Assembly: GCA_964016885.1 (NCBI GenBank)
Contig: OZ024740.1
Span: 316,014,001 to 316,078,000 of the forward strand
Direction of reading: 5' to 3'
DNA: 64,000 bases
From: Eledone cirrhosa
Taxonomy: Eukaryota
Part shown: in pieces, positions 12,992 to 27,852 of the stretch
How positions within the stretch are numbered: the first letter of the stretch is position 1
Layout of the letters: every line of letters begins with the position of its first letter
Notes under the pieces: generated by a model
What the model was told of the DNA's origin: nothing
Databases searched by the model: none
What the model saw: only the letters and a program-made list of their open reading frames with translations
Position numbers and translations under genes: made by a program

Positions 12992-13928
12992 TGTTTACTC
13001 AAGAGAAGGCTACGTTGGTATGGTCACGTGATGCGCATGAAAGACGATAGCTGTATAACAAAGTGCAGGGCAATAAAGATAGACGGTAGCCACGGAATAG
13101 GCAGACCCAGAAAAACCTGGGAGGTTGTACGATGCCTGCATACGAACAGCAATGTTGCATGGCAGTGAGACCTGGGCATTGTGTGCAGAGGATATACGCA
13201 GACTAGAGAGGAACGAAGCTTGCATGCTCCGCTGGATGTGTAATAGTAATATATGTGAACGGCAAAGCATAAACGAACTAAGGAAAAAATTAGAAATAAG
13301 AGGGATCAGATGTTGTTTACTCGAGAGAAGGCTACGTTGGTATGGTCACGTGATGCGCATGAAAGACGATAGCTGTATAACAAAGTGCAGGGCAATAAAG
13401 ATAGACGGTAGCCACGGAGTAGGCAGACCCAGAAAAACCTGGGACGACCTGATAAATTCCGACCTCACACACTTACACCTCTCCAAGACAATGTCACTGG
13501 ACCGAGACCTTTGGCGGTACTCAGTAATAGAGAAGACCCGCCTTACCTAAATATATAGTAAAACCTACTACAGTCAGTAGGCATCTCTAACAAAATACAC
13601 CCCGTCCCACCACCCCCACCCCATCCACACCGCCCCTTTCAATGTAAAGTTATGTTGGTGCCACAACATCCAGGCCGAAACAAATGAGATCGTGTAGGTG
13701 TCACAACAAAAAAAACACACAGTCCACGCTGTAATGTGGCCGTGTAGGCAACACGGTAAAAACCTCCCAGCCCCACACTGTAAATGTGGTTGGTGTTAGG
13801 AAGGCATCCAGCTGTAGAAAACCCTCCAGATAGTCCTATGCGAGCAAGAAAATTACTCTTGCCTCAAGTGGGAAAACCCCCGTCCAAACCCATGCAAGCG
13901 TGGAACACGGACGTTGATGATGATGATG
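12992..13928 (+). mobile_element. RTE subfamily A 3' fragment with duplicated/permuted 5' piece
   Basis: ORF remnant 13122-13550; 12992-13122 repeats ~13314-13444; (GAT)n tail. Confidence 0.92.
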
Positions 13929-14775
13929 TATATATATATGAATGTCTATATATGTATGGGTATATATATATATGTATGTGTATATATATATATGTGTATA
14001 TATATATATGTATGTATATATATATGTGTATATATATATGTATGTGTATATATATATGTGTGTATATATATATATGTATGTATATATATATGTATGTGTA
14101 TATATATATATGTATGTATATATATATGTATGTGTATATATATATTATTTGTATGTATATATATATGTATGTGTATATATATATGTATATATATATGTAT
14201 GTGTATATATATATATGTATGTGTATATATATATATGATAATATATATGTGTATATATATGTATATATATGTGTATATATATATATATATGTATATATAT
14301 GTGTATATATATCTCTATATATATATATATGTGTGTGTATATATATGTATATATATATACATGTGTATATATATATGTGTGTGTGTATATATATATATAC
14401 GTGTGTGTATATGTATATATATATACGTGTGTGCATATGTATATATATACGTGTGTGTATATGTATATATATACGTGTGTGTATATATGTGTGTATATGT
14501 ATATATATACGTGTGTGTATATATATGTATATATATATATATATATATATACATGTGTATATATATATATATATATATACATGTGTGTATATATATATAT
14601 ATATATACATGTGTATATATATATGTATATATATATACATGTGTATATATATATATGTATATATATATACATGTGTATATATATGTATCTATATATATGT
14701 GTATATATATGTGTATATATGTATGTGTATATATATATGTGTATATATGTATGTGTATATATATATGTATATATG

Positions 14776-14846
<71 letters not shown>

Positions 14847-14879
14847 ATGTATATATGTATGTGTATATATATGTATGTG

Positions 14880-14910
<31 letters not shown>

Positions 14911-14940
14911 GTATATATATATATATGTATATATATATGT
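13929..14940. repeat. Compound TA/TG microsatellite
   Basis: Direct reading. Confidence 0.95.
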
Positions 14941-15607
14941 TGTTATACTTTGGGAGGGTCATGTTGCCAATATATATATATGTATATGTGTATATAGATA
15001 TATATCGGATTTTACCAACTTTTCAACCATCCTCTTACGTAATCACCTATATAACTCACCCACACATACACCCCAAAAAAATTTTTTTCTCCACACGCCA
15101 CCTACACCCACAACACGCTTAAACCCCACACACACGTGCTTTCCACCACATATTTACACCCTCAGCCTCCTGATTCCTCTCCCCCCGCCCCTCTATCCAC
15201 ACACGCATAGATAATCAGACTCCCCCTCACACCTCTTCCTGAACATGCAACCCCGTTCTTCCCCCAACCTTTACTTTCACATACACACACATACACACAC
15301 ACGTACACCTACACACACACACCACCTTCAGCCCTCCCCGCTCGGACACCCCGTCTCCCTCTCCCCACTCCACCCGCCACCACCCCTACACACCCCACAC
15401 CCTTCCACCATCTGTTTTACCCCCCTTTTAATTTCAGTTTATTTTGATCATGCTTTTATATTTAAATTTATTTCATTCCTTGTATTTTGATCATGCTTTA
15501 TTTTTAATTTTATTTTTATTTTTTTCATTCGCACCGTTTCCTTTCGCTATATGTCTCTCTACCACTCCCCTACACACCCTTTGAACTCTGTTCCCACACA
15601 CTTCTCA

Positions 15608-15640
15608 CTTGAGGAAGGGCTTATGCCCGAAACGTCGTCC
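15608..15640 (+). ncRNA. Degenerate PLE-type hammerhead motif near the end of a C-rich remnant (15005-15730)
   Basis: TTGAGGA-A-GGGC-TTAT-GCCC-GAAAC-GTC-GTC; AATAAA follows at ~15675; stem I not evident. Confidence 0.5.
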
Positions 15641-15747
15641 CCCACCAACACCCCACTCTCCAGAGCGTGAAATTAATAAACATTCGTTGTACTGCCTCTC
15701 TGTTTTGTCCCTGTTCAAATTTTTCCATTATATGTATATATATATAT

Positions 15748-15807
<60 letters not shown>

Positions 15808-16027
15808 GTATGTGTATATAGATATATATGTATATATGTATGTGTATATAGATATATATGTATATATGTATGTGTATATAGATATATATGTATGTGTATA
15901 TAGATATATATGTATATATGTATGTGTATATATATATATGTGTATATATATATATATGTGTATATATATATATATGTGTATATATATATATATGTGTATA
16001 TATATATATATGTGTATATATATATAT

Positions 16028-16600
16028 AAATGGAAACGAATGAAATAACATTTCATTTCTCACCCTTAGTACGGCTGATACTTAGATGTAAGTATATATA
16101 CGTACATACATATATGTATACAGACGTACAGTAGTATGTATATATATACATACATGCACACATATATATATATATATGTACGTATGGATTTACCGAACAT
16201 TTATTATAATGTTCGGTTTGTTTGTAAACAAACAGCCCGAATTAAGCTGTACAATGTTCGGCAACCATCGTTGCCCTTTTGTTCAACACTGACAAAGGAA
16301 CGATGAACTAGTTTCAAGCTTATTAGCTATCGTCAGCATCGTATACCTTCCTGTCAGAGGATTGAACATTTGAAAGTATATGCTTTCCTTATGCATATTA
16401 ACGGCTGAGCAGCCTAATTTGCATATCGAGTGAGTTAGTCAGCTGGGAGCACCGAAAACGATAAATAGAAAAGAATGAAAGGAAATTTTATTTCTCATCT
16501 TACTACGGCTGATACTTAAATGTAAATATGTATACGTACATATATGTATACAGACATACAGTAGTATGTATATATATATATATACGTACATGCACACATA
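16028..16600 (-). mobile_element. Hammerhead-bearing partial tandem (434-bp unit, ~1.3 copies), retrozyme/PLE pseudo-LTR-like, family F
   Basis: ACGGCTGATACTTA recurs at 16071 and 16505; homologous blocks shared with 20161-20630. Confidence 0.75.
16300..16342 (-). ncRNA. Minimal type-I hammerhead ribozyme
   Basis: Minus strand ACGATG-CTGACGA-TAGCT-AATA-AGCTT-GAAA-CTAG-TT-CATCGT: 6-bp stem I, intact core, palindromic CTAG loop. Confidence 0.85.
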
Positions 16601-16628
16601 TATAAATATATGTGTATATGTATGTATA

Positions 16629-16659
<31 letters not shown>

Positions 16660-16662
16660 GTG

Positions 16663-16696
<34 letters not shown>

Positions 16697-16709
16697 TATA
16701 TGTATATAT

Positions 16710-16743
<34 letters not shown>

Positions 16744-16746
16744 GTG

Positions 16747-16791
<45 letters not shown>

Positions 16792-16848
16792 GTGTGTATA
16801 TATATGTATATATATATATGTGTGTATATATATATATATGTATATATA

Positions 16849-16903
<55 letters not shown>

Positions 16904-16999
16904 ATGTATATATGTATATGTATATATATATGTATATATATATGTATATATGTATATATATGTATATATGTATATATATGTATATATGTATATATATAT

Positions 17000-17055
<56 letters not shown>

Positions 17056-17291
17056 TATATATATATATGTATATATATATGTATATATATATATATGTAT
17101 ATATATGTATATATATGTATATATATATGTATATGTATATATATGTATATATATGTATATATATATGTATATATATGTATATATATATGTATATGTATAT
17201 ATATGTATATATATATGTATATGTATATATATGTATATATATGTATATATATCTATATGTATATATATGTATATATATCTATATGTATATG

Positions 17292-17327
<36 letters not shown>

Positions 17328-17411
17328 TATGTATATGTATATATATGTATATATATGTATATATGTATATATATGTATATATATGTATATATGTATATAT
17401 ATGTATATATG

Positions 17412-17442
<31 letters not shown>

Positions 17443-17453
17443 GTATATATATG

Positions 17454-17484
<31 letters not shown>

Positions 17485-17495
17485 GTATATATATG

Positions 17496-17588
<93 letters not shown>

Positions 17589-17589
17589 G

Positions 17590-17620
<31 letters not shown>

Positions 17621-17621
17621 G

Positions 17622-17670
<49 letters not shown>

Positions 17671-17699
17671 GTATATATATATATATATGTATATATATG

Positions 17700-17732
<33 letters not shown>

Positions 17733-17759
17733 GTATATATATGTATATGTATATATATG

Positions 17760-17792
<33 letters not shown>

Positions 17793-17803
17793 GTATATAT
17801 ATG

Positions 17804-17852
<49 letters not shown>

Positions 17853-18001
17853 GTATATATATGTATATATATGTATATATATATATATATGTATATATAT
17901 GTATATATATGTATATGTATATATATGTATATATATATATATGTATATATATGTATATATATATATATGTATATATATGTATATATATATGTATATATAT
18001 G

Positions 18002-18054
<53 letters not shown>

Positions 18055-18211
18055 GTATATATATGTATATATATATATATGTATATATATGTATATATAT
18101 ATATATGCATATATATGTATATATATATATGTATATATATATATGTATATATATATATATGTATATATATATGTATATATATATGTATATATATATATAT
18201 ATGTATATATG

Positions 18212-18242
<31 letters not shown>

Positions 18243-19473
18243 GTATATATATATATGTATATATATATATGTATATATATATATATGTATATATATGTAT
18301 ATATATATGTATATATATGTATATATATGTATATATATATATGTATATATATGTATATATATATATATGTATATATATGTATATATATGTATATATATAT
18401 ATATGTATATATATGTATATATATATATGTATATATATATATATGTATATATATGTATATATATATATTATATATATGTATATATATATATATGTATATA
18501 TATGTATATATATATATATGTATATATATGTATATATATATATATGTATATATATGTATATATATGTATATATGTATATATGTATATATGTATATATATA
18601 TGTATATATATATGTATATATATGTATATATATTTATATATATATGTATATATATGTATATATATATATGTATATATATGTATATATATATGTATATATA
18701 TATATATGTATATATATATGTATATATATATGTATATATATATGTATATATATATGTATATATATATGTATATATATATGTATATATATATGTATATATA
18801 TATATATATGTATATATATATGTATATATATATGTATATATATATATGTATATATATATATGTATATATATATGTATATATATATATGTATATATATATA
18901 TGTATATATGTATATTATATATATATGTATATATATATGTATATATATATGTATGTATATATATATGTATATATATATGTATATATATATGTATATATAT
19001 ATGTATATATATATATGTGTATATATATATGTGTATATATATATGTGTATATATATATGTATATATATATATATGTATATATGTATATATATATATATGT
19101 ATATGTATATGTATATATGTATATATATATATGTATATGTATATATGTATATATATATATGTATATATATATATGTGTATATATATATATGTATATATAT
19201 ATATGTATATATATATATGTATATATATATATGTATATATATATATGTATATATATATATTATATATATATATATGTATATATATATATGTATATATATA
19301 TGTATATATATATATGTATATATATATATGTATATATATATATGTATATATATGTATATGTATATATATATATATGTATATATATGTATATATATATATA
19401 TGTATATATATGTATATGTATATATGTATATGTATATATATGTATATGTATTATGTATATGTATATATATATG

Positions 19474-19520
<47 letters not shown>

Positions 19521-19521
19521 G

Positions 19522-19584
<63 letters not shown>

Positions 19585-19615
19585 GTATATATATATGTGT
19601 ATATATATATATGTG

Positions 19616-19646
<31 letters not shown>

Positions 19647-19724
19647 GTATATATATTATATATGTATATATATATATATGTATATATATGTATATATATG
19701 TATATATGTATATATGTATATATG

Positions 19725-19755
<31 letters not shown>

Positions 19756-20160
19756 GTATATATATATGTATATATATATATGTATATATGTATATATATA
19801 TATGTATATATATATGTATATATATATGTATATATATGTATATATATATGTATATATATATGTATATATATGTATATATGTATATATATGTATATATGTA
19901 TATATATGTATATATGTATATATATGTATATATGTATATATATGTATATATATATATGTATATATATATATGTATATATATGTATATATATATATGTATA
20001 TATATATATGTATATATATATATATGTATATATATATGTATATATATGTATATATATATATGTATATATATGTATATATATGTATATATGTATATATATG
20101 TATATGTATATATATGTATATATATGTATATATATATATATGTATATATATGTATATATA
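16601..20160. repeat. ~3.6-kb (TA)nTG microsatellite
   Basis: Direct reading; almost no C on the plus strand. Confidence 0.97.
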
Positions 20161-21477
20161 AAAACAAATAACGAAACGAAATTAAATTTCGTTTCGTTTG
20201 TAACTCACTTTTGTATGACTGACGCTTAAACAATTAAGTTAAAAATGTACATCCACATATGTATACTGAAATACTAGTATGCATATGAATACACACACGT
20301 ATACATATGTAGATGTACCGAGTTTTTCACTGGTCACTTTACTGTGTGTGTCCAGCTATTCTGTATGTAAACACACAGACAAACCGGTTTTTAGAGTCAT
20401 ACTGGTTTTTGAGGAAACACCTTTCCTCTATTCTCCAGAAAGCCAGACAAGGAATATTGAACTAGTTTCGATGTTGTTACATCTCATCAGCATTATTTAC
20501 CTATCTTCCGGCCTCTCTAGAGAATCGTAAAAGCACATATCGTTATATGCTTTTTCTATGAAAATTAGTAGTGGGCAGACTAATTTGCATAGAGCGTGAG
20601 TACGTACCGGTTCAACGGAGACGATAAAAACAAATAACGAAACGAAATTAAATTTCGTTTCGTTTGTAACTCACTTTTGTATGACTGACGCTTAAACAAT
20701 TCAGTTAAAAATGTACATCCACATATGTATACTGAAATACTAGTATGCATATGAATACACACACGTATACATATGTAGATGTACCGAGTTTGTCACTGGT
20801 CACTTTACTGTGAGTGTCCAGCTATTCTGTATGTAAACACACAGACAAACCGGTTTTTAGAGTCATACTGGTTTACAGAATAGCTGGACACTCACAGTAA
20901 AGTGACCAGTGAAAAACTCGGTACATCTACATATGTATACGTGTGTGTATTCATATGCATACTAGTATTTCAGTATACATATGTGGATGTACATTTTTAA
21001 CTTAATTGTTTAAGCGTCAGTCATACAAAAGTGAGTTACAAACGAAACGAAATTTAATTTCGTTTCGTTATTTGTTTTTATCGTCTCCGTTGAACCGGTA
21101 CGTACTCACGCTCTATGCAAATTAGTCTGCCCACTACTAATTTTCATAGAAAAAGCATATAACGATATGTGCTTTTACGATTCTCTAGAGAGGCCGGAAG
21201 ATAGGTAAATATTGCTGATGAGATGTAACAACATCGAAACTAGTTCAATATTCCTTGTCTGGCTTTCTGGAGAATAGAGGAAAGGTGTTTCCTCAAAAAC
21301 CAGTATGACTCTAAAAACCGGTTTGTCTGTGTGTTTACATACAGAATAGCTGGACACTCGCAGTAAAGTGACCAGTGAAAAACTCGGTACATCTACATAT
21401 GTATACGTGTGTGTATTCATATGCATACTAGTATTTCAGTATACATATGTGGATGTACATTTAACTTAATTGTTTAT
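20161..21477. mobile_element. Family F element: 466-bp unit as ~1.5 direct copies followed by ~1.3 inverted copies (~600-bp palindrome arms)
   Basis: CAAATAACGAAACG at 20165 and 20631; 20874-21477 is the reverse complement of ~20227-20831; (TA)n flanks. Confidence 0.9.
21208..21252 (+). ncRNA. Minimal type-I hammerhead ribozyme, intact
   Basis: AATATTG-CTGATGA-GATGT-AACA-ACATC-GAAA-CTAG-TT-CAATATT: 7-bp stem I, 5-bp stem II, predicted cleavage after 21245; mirror copy ~20453-20497 on minus strand. Confidence 0.9.
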
Positions 21478-21514
21478 GTATATATATATATATATGTATA
21501 TATGTATATATATG

Positions 21515-21547
<33 letters not shown>

Positions 21548-21575
21548 GTATATATATGTATATATATGTATATAT

Positions 21576-21623
<48 letters not shown>

Positions 21624-21796
21624 GTATATATATGTATATATATATATATGTATATATATGTATATATATATATATATGTATATATATGTATATATATGTA
21701 TATATGTATATATATGTATATATATGTATATATATATATGTATATGTATGTATGTATATATATATATGTATGTATATATGTATATATATATATATG

Positions 21797-22347
21797 TCGG
21801 GTCGTTGGCGACTAAACTGGCAACCCCACCAAGGTTTCTTGGTGAGGAGGGTGACTTTGGACATCCTGCAGGACTAAAAACAAAACCTGTCGAAGGGCAA
21901 AGGAGCTCTTAAGAGTCAATGGCCATCCAAAATCACTGGGAGAGATGACCCCTTAGCCTTTGTCAAGGCAGAATTCTAAGAGAAGGAAAACTCTGATATA
22001 ACACCTGCAACCCTGATGGTATCCAATGATGTTGACTTGTTCTTCTTTTTGGTAAATATCATCTTGGTTAAGAGAGTGGGACTGGCTTTGTGCAGTGCCT
22101 TTGCTCACTATAAAAGCTTCACGGCACAGGCATTGCTTTATATCTGGAGATCTCTCTGCACTTGTCGTCACATGGTACCATGGGCCCAGCACTATGTGTC
22201 AATAATTGTCACAAGTGTAGTGTTTGTACCAGAGTTTTCAAGTCGCTGGCTGGACTAAAAAGTCACACTCGTTCAGCGCATCGGTAGGGGTTCTCCTACA
22301 AGGATATAAAGTAGTGGCCGTACTCGAAAACGAGTTGGCAGCCACCA
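21797..22347 (+). mobile_element. Short non-autonomous LINE derivative (RTE-like 5' region joined to a zinc-finger 3' end)
   Basis: GAAGGAAAACTCTGA-type motif recalled from RTE 5' regions; 22210-22287 reads [25 protein letters not shown]-stop (C2H2); (TA)n flanks. Confidence 0.6.
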
Positions 22348-23743
<1,396 letters not shown>

Positions 23744-24425
23744 GATGGATGTGTAACAGTAATATACGTGAACGACAAAGCATAAAGGAATTGAGAGAGA
23801 GACTGAGCATATGAGGAATCAAATGCTGCGTGCAGGAGAGGCGGTTACGCTGGTATGGACATGTGATGCGTATGAAGGATGACAGCTGCATAAAAAGGTG
23901 CAGAGCACTAGAAGTTGATGGAAACCGCGGAGTGGGGAGACCCAAGATGACTTGGGATGAGGTGATAAAAGCCGACCTTACCCAACTACACCTCTCAAAG
24001 TCAATGACACACGACCGTGACTTCTGGCGTCACGCAGTAATACAGGGTACCCGACCTCCCACGGGTACATGCTGAAGCATATAAACAATATGCCCCCCCC
24101 CCCCACCGCAAGGTGGTCGTGGAGGTGCCACGGCAAAAAAGCACCCAGCCCACACTGTAAACGGGACGTGTAGGCGCCACGAAAAAGCACCCACCACTCA
24201 CTGTAAATGAGGTTGGTGTTAGGAAGGGCATCCAGCTGTAGAAATCAAGCCAGATCAGTTCCTGTATGAGCAAGGCATGGTCAGCCGACCAGACACTGCC
24301 CACAACAGGGTATGAGCAAGGCATGGTCAGCCGACCAGACACTGCCCACAACAGGCGCAACCCGTCTAACCCATGCTAGCGTGGAAGAACGGACGTAAAA
24401 CGGTGATGATGATGATGATGATGAT
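23744..24425 (+). mobile_element. RTE subfamily B 3' fragment
   Basis: [16 protein letters not shown]...GRPKMTW; 46-bp direct duplication at ~24264-24355; (GAT)n tail. Confidence 0.9.
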
Positions 24426-24557
24426 ATATATATATGTATATATATATATGTATATATATGTATATATATATATGTATATATATATATGTATATATATGTA
24501 TAGACAGACTGAATAAAAATGGCGTAGACATACAACACAACAGGAGGAAAATATAAC

Positions 24558-24599
24558 ACCACTGACGATGTTGCAGATGTGCAACGAAAGATTTATGAT
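24558..24599 (+). ncRNA. Minimal hammerhead ribozyme, slightly decayed, within PLE-like block 24505-24850
   Basis: ACCA-CTGACGA-T-GTTGCA-GATG-TGCAAC-GAAA-GATT-TA-TGAT. Confidence 0.65.
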
Positions 24600-24879
24600 A
24601 AACTATATATATGTGTTTGTGTCTATATTGTATCTGTATCACTTTTGACAGTTGGTCAGTCAATGGCAACATTGAGGACCGAGTAAGTTAGATTACCGAT
24701 ATAAAAGATACAGAAGCGAGAAGCGTAAACCAACCAAACAGTGAGTGTGTTCTGTTATTAATTCTGGCAATATTACACAAATATGACCCTCCCCAAGTAT
24801 AACAATATTTGTTTCGACACACGATTTCATATAAAATACCTCGCAAAACAATATATATATATATATTTATATACCTTTC

Positions 24880-24919
<40 letters not shown>

Positions 24920-25000
24920 ATATATATGTATATATATATACACACATATATATATATACATATATATACATGTATATATATATATATATATACATGTATA

Positions 25001-25720
25001 TGCAGAGGATATACGCAGACTAGAGAGGAACGAAGCTTGCATGCTGCGCTGGATGTGTAATAGTAATATACGTGAACGGCAAAGCATAAACGAACTAAGG
25101 AAAAAATTAGAAATAAGAGGGATCAGATGTTGTTTACTCGAGAGAAGGCTACGTTGGTACGGACACGTGATGCGCATGAAAGTCGATAGCTGTATAACAA
25201 AGTGCAGGGCAATAAAGATAGACGGTAGCCACGGAATAGGCAGACCTAGAAAATCCTGGGACGAGCTGATAAACTCCGACCTCACTCACTTACACCTCTC
25301 CAAGACAATGTCACTGGACCGAGACCTTTGGCGGTACTCAGTAATAGAGAAGACCCGCCTTACCTAAATACATAGTAAAACCTACTACAGCCAGTAGGTA
25401 TCTCTAACAAAATACACCCCCCCCCCTCCTATGTAAAGTTATGTTGGTGCCACAACATCCAGGCCGAAACAAATGAGATCGTGTAGGTGTCACCACAAAA
25501 AAACACACAGTCCACGCTGTAATGTGGCCGTGTAGGCAACACGGTAAAAACCTCCCAGTCCCACACTGTAAATGTGGTTGGTGTTAGGAAGGGCATCCAA
25601 CTGTAGAAAACCTGCCAGACAGTCCTATGCGAGCAAGACAATCACTCTTGCCTCAAGTGGGAATACCCCCGTCCAAACCCATGCAAGCGTGGAACACGGA
25701 CGTTAAACGTTGATGATGAT
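25001..25720 (+). mobile_element. RTE subfamily A 3' fragment
   Basis: [17 protein letters not shown]...EKTRLT-stop at 25367; UTR and (GAT)n tail. Confidence 0.93.
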
Positions 25721-25725
25721 ATATG

Positions 25726-25814
<89 letters not shown>

Positions 25815-26022
25815 GTATATACATGTATATATATGTATACATATATATATACATGTATGTATACATATATATATATATGTATATATATATGTATACATAT
25901 ATATACATGTATATATATGTATATATATATATATGTATACATGTATATATACATATATATACATGTATATATATGTATATATATATATGTATACATATAT
26001 ATATCAATATATATACATATAT

Positions 26023-26076
<54 letters not shown>

Positions 26077-26140
26077 ACATATATATACATGTATATATAT
26101 ATATATATACATGTGTATATATATATATATATATATATAC

Positions 26141-26171
<31 letters not shown>

Positions 26172-26281
26172 CATGTGTATATATATCTATATCTATATAT
26201 ATATATATATATACATGTATATATATATGTATACATATATATATGTATATATACATGTGTATATATATATATATATACATG

Positions 26282-26316
<35 letters not shown>

Positions 26317-26358
26317 GTATATATATATGTATACATATATATATACATGTATATATAC

Positions 26359-26402
<44 letters not shown>

Positions 26403-26413
26403 ATATATACATG

Positions 26414-26498
<85 letters not shown>

Positions 26499-26662
26499 GT
26501 ATATATGTATACATGTATATATATGTATATGTATATATACATGTATACATGTATATATATATGTATACATATATATATATATACATGTATATATATATGT
26601 ATATATACATGTACATATATGTATATATATATATGTATATATACATGTATATATATGTATAC

Positions 26663-26706
<44 letters not shown>

Positions 26707-26725
26707 ATATATATATGTATATACA
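25721..26725. repeat. (TA)n/TACATG compound microsatellite
   Basis: Direct reading. Confidence 0.95.
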
Positions 26726-27187
26726 TGTAAAGTTATATTTAAAATTGTTGGGTTACAACTAGTAAATATTTATAACTGATATAAAAGCACTCGACAAATA
26801 CTTGGAGTATATTTACAATATTAAATAAATGGAAAACTATATTTATAAAACCATATCTATTTCATTATATATATTTCGGGGATATCATATTAACAATATG
26901 CTATGCCTTCATCAGACAAAATACAATATAAACAGTTTTATAGATAAATATATTCGACATACCGTAATAAACATCAACTTCATTTGAAGAGGTTCACTCT
27001 AGAGTGAACCTCTTCAAATGAAGTTGATGTTTATTACGGTATGTCGAATATATTTATCTATAAAACTGTTTATATTGTATTTTGTCTGATGAAGGCATAG
27101 CATATTGTTAATATGATATCCCCGAAATATATATAATGAAATAGATATGGTTTTATAAATATAGTTTTCCATTTATTTAATATTGTA
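26726..27187 (-). mobile_element. Fold-back element family B: near-perfect 374-bp palindrome plus ~87-bp tail
   Basis: 26814-27187 symmetric about 27000/27001 (GGTTCACTCT|AGAGTGAACC); second copy at 62182. Confidence 0.9.
27078..27143 (+). ncRNA. Minimal type-I hammerhead ribozyme
   Basis: TATTTTGT-CTGATGA(27086)-long stem II-GAAA(27124)-T-ATAT-A-TA-ATGAAATA; 8-bp stem I with two G.U pairs; mirror copy ~26858-26923 on minus strand. Confidence 0.75.
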
Positions 27188-27206
27188 TATATGTATATAT
27201 ATATGT

Positions 27207-27246
<40 letters not shown>

Positions 27247-27372
27247 ATATATGTATATATACATGTATATATATATGTATACATATATATACATATATGT
27301 ATACATATATATACATATATGTATACATATACATACATATATGTATACATATATATACATATATATATACAT

Positions 27373-27659
27373 CAGTGGTGAAGGGTAACCTGGAAAGCAG
27401 GGCATGCAGTCCAATCGCCATGGAGAAAGTGGGGCTGTGCAGCCGTACCCCCCCCCCCCAATTCCCTCTAAATGACCCTCCCGGTCAAAGCCGCATGTAG
27501 TGTTATCTAGTGTGTGTGTGTGTGTGTGTTATCTTTTCATGTGTCTACGATTTAGTAAGCAGCCAAAATTCTGCTTGCTTCAACCGACGCAATTGATCAG
27601 CTCAAGATTCTATAATGCATGCATTTTTATGCGTTGCATGCACGCACCCGTCGCCCCTG
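27373..27659. mobile_element. hAT-type MITE
   Basis: TIRs CAGTGGTGAAGGGT / CAGGGGCGACGGGT (11 of 14); 8-bp TSD ATATACAT at 27365-27372 and 27660-27667, though the flanks are low complexity. Confidence 0.7.
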
Positions 27660-27852
27660 ATATACATATATATACATATATATTTATTTAGGTGTGCTGG
27701 TTCACCACTGGATAGAACTGGTCATTCCGTATGGTCAACCTCGATGTAATATTATGGAGAGCACTCAACATAATGCAACTCACCCGTCTTCATTTGTGTA
27801 GTTGGTGGTGCGAGTACGGAGTTAATTATTATAAAATTATTATTATATTTTG

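Noticed and set aside
16289-16340. Plus-strand CTGACAA hammerhead reading
   Set aside because: Core and stem I fail; the minus-strand reading is complete
16566-20229. 1200-aa ORFs and all other Y/I/C/V/M/H/T-rich ORFs in the track
   Set aside because: Translations of stop-free TA/TG microsatellites in several frames; not genes
26984-27017. TTGAAGA plus hairpin at the family B centre as a second hammerhead
   Set aside because: Not conserved at the centre of the 62182 copy; the hairpin is explained by the palindrome
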